A stretch of DNA of 61,275 nt from Bacteroidota bacterium (GTDB taxonomy: Bacteria > Bacteroidota > Bacteroidia > 2-12-FULL-35-15). Positions 8,221 through 15,849 of this stretch are shown one piece after another. The DNA lies in NCBI GenBank assembly GCA_947447995.1, contig CANFLQ010000005.1, positions 1-61,275 of the forward strand, given 5' to 3'. The notes beneath the pieces were generated by a model. The model made no database searches, had not been told where the DNA came from, and worked only from the letters and a program-made list of their open reading frames with translations. The position numbers and the translations under genes were made by a program. How positions within the stretch are numbered: position 1 is the stretch's first letter; every line of letters begins with the position of its first letter.

Positions 8221-11148
8221 CTACTTCAACACCTCATACATCACTTCCTGTATTTTTGTACGAATACCCGATTTAGCTAATTTATTATCCTTAGCGCTAG
8301 GACAAACCCTGTTTGATAAAAAAATATAAACTAACTGATTAGAAGGATCGGCCCAAGCCAAGGTACCTGTAAAACCAGCATGTCCAAAACTTAAATAAGA
8401 TACACAACCACAAACCGGACTGTCTTTATCGGGGTTCATTTCCGGTTTATCAAAACCTATTCCTCTTCTATTGTCTTTACAATATTGGCATTTGGTAAAT
8501 TCGTTTACTATTGCTGAATCAAAATAACGTATACCTCCATACTCTCCTTTATTCATAAAAAGTTGCATTATTACGGCTAAATCGTTAGCATTAGAAAACA
8601 ATCCAGCATGACCGCCAACACCGCCAAGCATTGCTGCTCCTGGATCATGCACATCGCCATGTACCAATTGTTTTCTAAATTTTGTATCCAATTCCGTAGG
8701 CACTATTCTTTTCGGATCAAACCTATCGAGCGGTTTGTAACCCATTGTTGACAGACCTAAAGGAGCATAAAAATATTTAATAACATAACGTTCTTCAGGA
8801 ATAAAATTTTTCGCTTCAATAATTTTTTTTAAAAAATAATATCCCATATCACTGTAATGGTATTTGCCCATATCTTTTAAAGGCGATTCTATAATTTGTT
8901 TATAAATGGTATCTTCGTAAGCAGCAGTAATATATAATTTTTCAGCTACACGTCGTGGATATTCAAGCGTTCTAATATTGTTATAGATACCTGGTTTATA
9001 ATTATCATTTTCCATTGTTTTTACCCAAAATGGAATCCAATCTTTTAATCCAGCTTGATGTGTTAGCATTTCTCGCAATACAATATTTTCTTTATTACTG
9101 CCTTTTAATTGCGGTAAATATGTTCCTAAATGTTCGTCCATATTTATCTTTTTTTCATCTACTAATTTCATCACACAAGCAGTTGTGGCGGCTATTTTGG
9201 TAATGGATGCTAAATCATAAATATCATCGTTTTTTACAGGTATTTCATTATCATACGTATGATACCCAAACGATTTTTGGTAGATCACTTTCCCATTTTT
9301 TGCAATTAAGATCTGGCAACCCGGATATACCCTATTTTTTATACCCTCATTAGCTATACTATCAATTTTGTTTAATGCTTTTGAGTTGGCACCCAACTCC
9401 TCTGGAATGGTATATTTAAAACGAATAGCTTTTGTTTGAATGCCTGTACCTGCCGTATAATAAGCGCTTGGAGTAATTGGCAATTTACCTGAAGCGGCAA
9501 CACCACCAAATATAAGCTGTGCAGAATAACTGTTGCTCAAATCATTTTCTTCGTAACTCATTATTACCGCATCTGCAAATTGCAAACTATCCATTTTTGC
9601 AAGTATATAAGGGTTTGCCGATACATTTACAATCACCTTATTTTGTTTCATTACCAATTTGAGCATGTTCATTGCCTGTGCGGTTAACCCAAAATTTTTA
9701 TCCGGTTTATTATTGGAATTATTTATTTGTACAATTACCAAATTGTATTTTTTCAGTTGGGTTAGTACCGAATCAAATACATTTTGTTTTGCATCTTTAT
9801 CAATACCATAATGCTTGATAGGTGAATAATTAGAAAGGGTTTGCTGAAATACATTTACATCTTTATAACCAAGCGATAAAGAAGCAATTCTCAAAGTATC
9901 TAAATTTTGAAGCGGAATCAAATTATTTTTATTTTGTAATAAGGTCAATGAGGCTTCTGTTAATTTACGATTAATCAGCTCTGCTTGTGGTGAATTTAGA
10001 TCGGTATACAAATCTTTTACTTTTATTTTGGAATAGTGATTCAAGCCTGTCCACTGTTTTACCAATAAAATTTTCATACAACGTGTGTCAATTTCTTCCT
10101 GCGTAATTTCTCCACGTTCAATCGCTTTTTTAATTTCCTTAATAGCCGTTGGAACATCTTCAGCAAAAAGCAACACATCGTTTCCTGCAATCAGGGCTTT
10201 TGCATCCACTTCTCCAGGTTTATAAAATTTACTCACACCTTTCATATTCAACGCATCGGTAAATACCAATCCTTTAAAACCTAAGGTGTCTTTTAACAAA
10301 CCTGTTACTATTTTTTTAGTAAGTGTTGAGGCTTGATTAGTAGTTGTATCTAATGCTGGTATTGACAAATGAGCCACCATCATACTTCCTAAGCCTTGAG
10401 AAATTAATTCCTTAAAGGGGTATAATTCCAACGTATCTAAATGCTCTCTGGATGATTTTACTGTCGGTAAAGTTTTGTGCGAATCGCTATCTGTATCTCC
10501 GTGTCCGGGAAAATGTTTTGCATTGGCAAGCACTCCATTATCCTGCATTCCCTTCATGTACATTAACGATTTACGGGTAACGTTCATTTTATTTTCACCA
10601 AAGGAACGGTTACTGATAACAGGATTTAAAGGATTATTATTAATATCCACTACTGGAGCAAAATTTATTTGCATGCCCAAACGTTTACATTGGCGTGCTA
10701 TTTCAGCTCCCATTTCATAAACCAATGTATCATTTTGAATAGCTCCTAAGGTCATTTGACGAGGGAATTTAGTTGTACTATCCAATCGCATAGCCAAACC
10801 CCATTCCGCATCAATCGACATTAACAAAGGAACTTTTGAAATTGATTGATATATGTTTGCCTGATTTGCTTGCCTTTCTGGACCACCCTGAAAAAATATT
10901 AACCCTCCAATCTTATTATTAACTATTAGTTTTTTAATTTCTTTAATATGCACTTTATCTTTATTTGAATAAGCTGCAACCATAAACAGTTGAGCCAAAC
11001 GTTCTTCAGGCGTTAAGGATTTAAAAACAGAATCTGCCCAATGCGTATCTGACAAATAAAATGGCGGATCTTGAGCTGGAGTTTTAGGAGTAAAGCCTAC
11101 AAGCAAAATGGTAACAATTGAAAATATAAGAAATACGTATTTTTTCAT
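8221..11148 (-). CDS. GH3 beta-N-acetylhexosaminidase fused to a beta-lactamase-like serine hydrolase, with signal peptide
   Basis: GH3: SIDAEWGLAMR, RSFGEN, KHFPGHGDT, FTDALNM. C-terminal domain: DLASITK (SxxK), LTHQAGL, YSDMGY, GHAGFTGT. Confidence 0.92.
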   Translation of the reverse strand: MKKYVFLIFSIVTILLVGFTPKTPAQDPPFYLSDTHWADSVFKSLTPEERLAQLFMVAAYSNKDKVHIKEIKKLIVNNKIGGLIFFQGGPERQANQANIYQSISKVPLLMSIDAEWGLAMRLDSTTKFPRQMTLGAIQNDTLVYEMGAEIARQCKRLGMQINFAPVVDINNNPLNPVISNRSFGENKMNVTRKSLMYMKGMQDNGVLANAKHFPGHGDTDSDSHKTLPTVKSSREHLDTLELYPFKELISQGLGSMMVAHLSIPALDTTTNQASTLTKKIVTGLLKDTLGFKGLVFTDALNMKGVSKFYKPGEVDAKALIAGNDVLLFAEDVPTAIKEIKKAIERGEITQEEIDTRCMKILLVKQWTGLNHYSKIKVKDLYTDLNSPQAELINRKLTEASLTLLQNKNNLIPLQNLDTLRIASLSLGYKDVNVFQQTLSNYSPIKHYGIDKDAKQNVFDSVLTQLKKYNLVIVQINNSNNKPDKNFGLTAQAMNMLKLVMKQNKVIVNVSANPYILAKMDSLQFADAVIMSYEENDLSNSYSAQLIFGGVAASGKLPITPSAYYTAGTGIQTKAIRFKYTIPEELGANSKALNKIDSIANEGIKNRVYPGCQILIAKNGKVIYQKSFGYHTYDNEIPVKNDDIYDLASITKIAATTACVMKLVDEKKINMDEHLGTYLPQLKGSNKENIVLREMLTHQAGLKDWIPFWVKTMENDNYKPGIYNNIRTLEYPRRVAEKLYITAAYEDTIYKQIIESPLKDMGKYHYSDMGYYFLKKIIEAKNFIPEERYVIKYFYAPLGLSTMGYKPLDRFDPKRIVPTELDTKFRKQLVHGDVHDPGAAMLGGVGGHAGLFSNANDLAVIMQLFMNKGEYGGIRYFDSAIVNEFTKCQYCKDNRRGIGFDKPEMNPDKDSPVCGCVSYLSFGHAGFTGTLAWADPSNQLVYIFLSNRVCPSAKDNKLAKSGIRTKIQEVMYEVLK

Positions 11149-11189
11149 CAGAATATAATTTTTAGCGCCACGCTAAAATAACGTTTATG

Positions 11190-11229
11190 ATAGTTGAATT
11201 CCAATAACTTATTTCAACTTTTCAACTAT
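11190..11229. repeat. Inverted pair of family-1 arms (atagttgaa ... ttcaactat)
   Basis: Perfect 9-bp inverted repeat 11190-11198 / 11221-11229 with an extra ttcaact unit, between divergent genes. Confidence 0.6.
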
Positions 11230-11304
11230 TGAATGTTGATGGTTTAAATATTCTAAAAAGCAGATATTCAATTAATTTTGAAAAAAAATAATTATCCATT
11301 TTTT

Positions 11305-11673
11305 ATGTACAAAAAGCTATTCAACTTAATGGTGTTAATGATAAGTGTATTAACACTAAATTTACTTACAGGCTTTATTACAGACTACATTGTTCATTAC
11401 AAAACCAATATCAACCCTTTTAAGTTTACTGCAATAGCAATGCTTACGTTGGTATTTATTCTAGTTCCTGCATTCAGTTACATGAATTTACGTATAGAAA
11501 AAATTGTTGCAAAGCTGCTGGTATCTGGTAGTAATTCTTTTGGAAAAACTGTTGGCTTATTAATTTCGTTCGCAACCATATTTGGGATACTTTTTGCAAT
11601 TTATATTCATGAATGGTTTCAAATTAACTTATTACATGAAATTAAAGTAAAACTGCTTTCTTGCTTCAATTAG
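11305..11673 (+). CDS. Small hypothetical membrane protein (about 3 TM)
   Basis: ORF 11278..11673 with likely ATG at 11305, three hydrophobic stretches, no recognised family. Confidence 0.65.
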   Translation: MYKKLFNLMVLMISVLTLNLLTGFITDYIVHYKTNINPFKFTAIAMLTLVFILVPAFSYMNLRIEKIVAKLLVSGSNSFGKTVGLLISFATIFGILFAIYIHEWFQINLLHEIKVKLLSCFN

Positions 11674-11749
11674 TCTGCTATTAGAACGTTTTAGTTTTTC
11701 TATTATTTTATTAATACTTTTGCTTTTTAACAAAACCCAAAATAAAAAA

Positions 11750-12598
11750 ATGGCTACAGAAAAATTACCATCATTAAGCAAATTACTTTTAGCAGGTTTC
11801 CTTACAGCAAAAAAAGGGGTTAAAATTGGCAATACTGATTTTAAAATGTCAAAAGTATTTAACGATGTGAATATTGATAAAAATAATGTAAAAAAATACA
11901 ATGATTTTTTTAATATAAACGATTCATTACCGCTTACTTATTTATACTTATTAGCTTTCCCAAGTCAGCTAAGCGTAATGACTAGCAAACAATTTCCTAT
12001 ATCTGTAATGGGGCTTGTACACTTAGGCAATACCTTGGAATTTAAAGCAATTATGGATATTGAAAAACCTGTACGCATGGAAACCTCAACACTTATTCCA
12101 ACCAAGGAAGAAGGTTCGTTATTTCCAACATTTAGTGTTAATTTTTTTCAAGGCACTACTTTAGTTGCTACATGCAGCAGTAATTACATTGCTAAACGTA
12201 AAAGAAAAAGCGAAAAAAAGGCGGAAGAAGAAGTGTTGCCTCAACTGGAAAAACGAGTTCCTATTTATACCGAGAATTTAACTTTTACACAACGTATTGC
12301 TTTTAAATATGCACGAATTTCTGGCGATTTTAATCCCATTCATATTTCACCCTTTTTAGCGAAAAGCTTTGGTTTTAAATCATCCATAGCTCATGGATGG
12401 TGCTCGGCTAGCAGAGTGTTTTCTATCATAGAAAAACATACAAAGAAAGAACTTAAATATATTACTGTGAATTGGAAAACCCCCATTTTACTTCCTGCTA
12501 ATGTTAAATTAGAACTTTATGATAATACCGATGGTTCAACCGCTTTTAAAGTGACCAACAAAAAAGATGAATTGTGTTTAGAAGGTAGTGTATCGTAA
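11750..12598 (+). CDS. MaoC/PaaZ-like double hotdog acyl-CoA dehydratase
   Basis: KYARISGDFNPIHIS...AKSFGFKSSIAHGW hydratase-2 motif and N-terminal GLVHLGN. ATG at 11750 in frame with track ORF 11720. Confidence 0.85.
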   Translation: MATEKLPSLSKLLLAGFLTAKKGVKIGNTDFKMSKVFNDVNIDKNNVKKYNDFFNINDSLPLTYLYLLAFPSQLSVMTSKQFPISVMGLVHLGNTLEFKAIMDIEKPVRMETSTLIPTKEEGSLFPTFSVNFFQGTTLVATCSSNYIAKRKRKSEKKAEEEVLPQLEKRVPIYTENLTFTQRIAFKYARISGDFNPIHISPFLAKSFGFKSSIAHGWCSASRVFSIIEKHTKKELKYITVNWKTPILLPANVKLELYDNTDGSTAFKVTNKKDELCLEGSVS

Positions 12599-13504
12599 AT
12601 GACAAATTTTTTAATAATTGGCATTTGTATCCTTGCAGGAATGCTTTTCCGCAAGTCAAAAACATTGCCAGAAGATGCACACAAAGGGATTAATGCATGG
12701 CTTATCTATATTGCTTTACCTGCTGTTTCTTTCAAATACCTACCGCACATTCAATGGAGCAACAACTTATTATTACCCACCCTTGCTCCCATTATTGTAT
12801 GTTTTGGAGGATGGCTTTGGATTACTTTATACACAGCAAAAAAAAACTTTAAAAAACCAACAGAGGGCACTTTAAAATTAGTTGCATCATTAAGCAACAC
12901 ATCTTTCATAGGCTTCCCACTTATTATGGCTTACTTTAGCGAAGCAGATATTGCTGTTGCCGTTATTTGCGATCAGGTAACCTTCCTCTTATTATCAACC
13001 TACGGCGTTTTTGTAGCCATCAATTCATCAAAAAGCGAACAATTATCCTTGGGCATTATTATCCGAAAAGTAATTACATTCCCCCCTTTTTTAGGATGCG
13101 TTACAGCACTTACAATCCCTCATTTCATAAACATATCCGCGCTTACCCCTTTATTCGACAAACTTGCAACTACAGTAGGTCCTTTGGCATTATTTTCAAT
13201 CGGTTTACAATTAAATTTTGAAGGATGGAAATCGGAAATAAAAAATATATCCATAACATTGTTATACAAATTAATGATTGCTCCTGCCTTAGTATTGCTA
13301 ATTGCTGTTGCCTTTCAGTTAAAAGGACGAATTGCTCAAATAACTATTTTTGAAATGGCTATGCCATCTTTTCTTTCCGCAAGTGTTATTGCTAACCAAT
13401 ACCATTTGAATACTAAACTCACCAATCTTATCATTGGATTAAGTATTGTAATTTGCTTTATTACCACTGCTTTATGGTACCTAATTTTGCAGTATTTGCA
13501 ATAA
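12599..13504 (+). CDS. AEC family (auxin efflux carrier/malate permease-like) transporter
   Basis: About 10 TM segments with IYIALPAVSF, SNTSFIGFPLI, LFSIGLQL and EMAMP motifs. Confidence 0.85.
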   Translation: MTNFLIIGICILAGMLFRKSKTLPEDAHKGINAWLIYIALPAVSFKYLPHIQWSNNLLLPTLAPIIVCFGGWLWITLYTAKKNFKKPTEGTLKLVASLSNTSFIGFPLIMAYFSEADIAVAVICDQVTFLLLSTYGVFVAINSSKSEQLSLGIIIRKVITFPPFLGCVTALTIPHFINISALTPLFDKLATTVGPLALFSIGLQLNFEGWKSEIKNISITLLYKLMIAPALVLLIAVAFQLKGRIAQITIFEMAMPSFLSASVIANQYHLNTKLTNLIIGLSIVICFITTALWYLILQYLQ

Positions 13505-13527
13505 TTTAATCTTAGCTAAAAAAAGCT

Positions 13528-13535
13528 TATTTTTG
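13528..13535 (+). promoter_or_regulatory. Bacteroidota -7 element (TATTTTTG) upstream of aguB
   Basis: Exact TAnnTTTG about 30 bp before the in-frame TTG at 13566. Confidence 0.55.
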
Positions 13536-13565
13536 TCGCAAATTTTAACCATTATTAATACTACA

Positions 13566-14444
13566 TTGGAAGCAAAAAAAGTAAATGTTGGATTGGTTCA
13601 GATGAACTGTTCAGCAGACAAAAAAAACAATCTTGAAAAAACAATTTTAAAGATTCGTGAAGCTGCATCAAAAGGTGCAGAAATTATATGTTTACAGGAG
13701 CTTTTTCTATCGCTTTACTTTTGCGATGTAGAAAACTACGATAACTTTGGACTTGCCGAAGCTATTCCCGGACCAACAACAGATGTACTTGGTAAACTAG
13801 CCGCTGAATTGAAAGTTGTTATTATTGCTTCTCTTTTCGAAAAACGTACGCAGGGTATTTATCACAATACAACCGCTGTGTTAGATGCCGACGGCACTTA
13901 TCTAGGAAAATACCGTAAAATGCACATTCCGGATGATCCGGCGTATTACGAAAAATTTTATTTCACTCCCGGCGATTTAGGCTACAAAGTATTTGAAACC
14001 AAATATGCAAAAGTAGGTGTGCTTATTTGCTGGGATCAATGGTACCCTGAAGCTGCCAGAATCACAGCGCTTATGGGGGCAGAAATACTGGTATACCCTA
14101 CCGCTATTGGTTGGGCTACATCGCAAGATGCAGAAACCAACGATGAACAATACAATGCATGGCAAACCATACAACGCAGTCACGCTGTGGCAAATGGAAT
14201 ACATGTGGTATCGGTTAACCGTGTTGGAAATGAGGCCGACATGCAGTTTTGGGGTGGTTCTTTTGTTTCTAACCCTTTCGGGAGATTATTATACAAAGCA
14301 TCGCACGACAAGGAAGAAATTCATGTGCAGGAACTGGACTTAAGCAAAACGGATAGTTACCGCATTCATTGGCCATTCCTCCGCGACAGAAGAATAGACT
14401 CTTATCAGCCTATTACCAAACGCTTTATTGATGAAGATAATTGA
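13566..14444 (+). CDS. aguB: Carbon-nitrogen hydrolase, N-carbamoylputrescine amidase-like
   Basis: Nitrilase triad ICLQELF / YRKMHIPDDP / LICWDQWYPE, adjacent to agmatine deiminase. Start probably TTG 13566 (track 13533). Confidence 0.85.
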   Translation: MEAKKVNVGLVQMNCSADKKNNLEKTILKIREAASKGAEIICLQELFLSLYFCDVENYDNFGLAEAIPGPTTDVLGKLAAELKVVIIASLFEKRTQGIYHNTTAVLDADGTYLGKYRKMHIPDDPAYYEKFYFTPGDLGYKVFETKYAKVGVLICWDQWYPEAARITALMGAEILVYPTAIGWATSQDAETNDEQYNAWQTIQRSHAVANGIHVVSVNRVGNEADMQFWGGSFVSNPFGRLLYKASHDKEEIHVQELDLSKTDSYRIHWPFLRDRRIDSYQPITKRFIDEDN

Positions 14445-14489
14445 TGTGCTGATTAATTGATGTGCTAATGTGCTGATTAATGGATGTGG
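14441..14489. repeat. Family-2 array (GATGTGCTGATT-like)
   Basis: ttgatgtgctgattaattgatgtgctaatgtgctgattaatggatgtgg, overlapping the aguB TGA stop. Confidence 0.8.
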
Positions 14490-14569
14490 ACATTGCAATT
14501 GAATTTTTTAAACGATATAACAATTGGATAGAAAGTTGAATTTTAGAGTTCGTGTGATTTACAAAACAC

Positions 14570-14619
14570 TTTGAACTTTGAACTTTGAACTTTGAACTTT
14601 AAACTTTGAACTTTTGAAC
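14570..14619. repeat. Family-1 heptamer array (TTTGAAC x about 7)
   Basis: tttgaac x4, tttaaac, tttgaac, t-tttgaac. The last unit contains the aguA TTG start. Opposing arm gaaagttgaattttagagttc at 14531-14551. Confidence 0.9.
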
Positions 14620-15663
14620 TTAGATATAACACCAAAACAATTAAATTACCGTTTTCCTGCTGAGTGGGAAAAACACCGTGCTACATGGCTTAGTTGGCCG
14701 CATAAAGTAGAATCGTGGCCTGGAAAAATTGAGAGCATTTACCCGATTTACGCTCAATTTATAAAAGCATTAACTGAAGGCGAACTTGTTTGCATCAACA
14801 TAAACAATGAACAGATAAAAGCTAAAGCTGTTCAGCACTTGGAAAAAAAAAATGTCGATCTAAGTAAAGTATTTTTTTACATTCACCCCACCAACGACGC
14901 CTGGTGTAGAGATCACGGGCCAAGCTTTTTAATTAACCCAAGTGCAGAAAATAAAAAAGTAATTATAGATTGGAATTACAATGCTTGGGGCAATAAATAT
15001 CCTCCATACGATTTGGATGATGTTATTCCAACGCTTATTGGCAATGAGTTTAATATTCCTGTATTTAATCCCGGCATTGTGATGGAAGGTGGCTCTGTTG
15101 AATTTAATGGCAAAGGAACACTGCTTACATCTAAGGCTTGTTTGCTTAACCCAAACAGAAATTCGCATTTGAATCAATCTCAAATAGAAAAATATTTAAG
15201 GGATTATTATTGTATCGATAACATACTTTGGGTAAACGATGGCATTGTTGGTGATGATACCGATGGACATATAGACGACATAACACGATTTGTAAATCAA
15301 GATACAGTTGTTACAGTTGTTGAACAGAACAAAAATGATGAAAATTATTTTATCCTAAAGGAGAATGTTGAACTACTTGAAAAAATGAACGTAGAAAATG
15401 GCAAACAATTAAACATTATCGAATTGCCGATGCCATCACCTGTAATATATGAAGGGCAGCGTTTGCCTGCCTCTTATGCAAATTTTTATATTGGTAATGC
15501 AGCAGTAGTTGTTCCCACATTTCGTGATAAAAACGATGACAAAGCATTGAATATTTTGCAAAAATGTTTCCCTGATCGTAAAGTGATTGGACTAGACTCT
15601 ACCGATATTATCTGGGGATTAGGAAGCTTTCATTGTTTAAGTCAGCAAGAGCCGGCTGTATAA
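14614..15663 (+). CDS. aguA: Agmatine deiminase (peptidyl-arginine deiminase family)
   Basis: RFPAEWEKH, DAWCRDHGP, MEGGSVEFNG, DDTDGHIDD, PASYANFYIGN, GSFHCLSQQEP motifs. Confidence 0.93.
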   Translation: MNLDITPKQLNYRFPAEWEKHRATWLSWPHKVESWPGKIESIYPIYAQFIKALTEGELVCININNEQIKAKAVQHLEKKNVDLSKVFFYIHPTNDAWCRDHGPSFLINPSAENKKVIIDWNYNAWGNKYPPYDLDDVIPTLIGNEFNIPVFNPGIVMEGGSVEFNGKGTLLTSKACLLNPNRNSHLNQSQIEKYLRDYYCIDNILWVNDGIVGDDTDGHIDDITRFVNQDTVVTVVEQNKNDENYFILKENVELLEKMNVENGKQLNIIELPMPSPVIYEGQRLPASYANFYIGNAAVVVPTFRDKNDDKALNILQKCFPDRKVIGLDSTDIIWGLGSFHCLSQQEPAV

Positions 15664-15668
15664 AAAGA

Positions 15669-15813
15669 ACCACTAAGACACTAAGAACGCTAAGGAACAC
15701 TTAGAATTTCTTAAATTTTAGTGGTAAATTTTAATAAAAAAATATTTTTTGTATACAAATAAATCTAAAATATTTTCTTTGTGTTTTCTCTGTGTTCTTA
15801 GTGCCTTAGTGGT
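15669..15813. repeat. 145-bp MITE-like element with 20-bp imperfect terminal inverted repeats
   Basis: accactaagacactaagaac (15669-15688) versus gttcttagtgccttagtggt (15794-15813), 1 mismatch. Arms built from CACTAAG-like units, AT-rich core. Confidence 0.75.
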
Positions 15814-15849
15814 AAAAACTTAATAAAATTTAATACCATTTAATCCATT

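Noticed and set aside
11161-11177. Hairpin tttagcg-cca-cgctaaa as a terminator
   Set aside because: It lies between divergent gene starts, with a weak stem and 3-nt loop. It could be an operator, but the evidence is insufficient.
14441-14619. Repeat arrays as a CRISPR array
   Set aside because: Units are 7-12 bp, degenerate and contiguous, with no unique 30-40 bp spacers, and there are no cas genes in the window.
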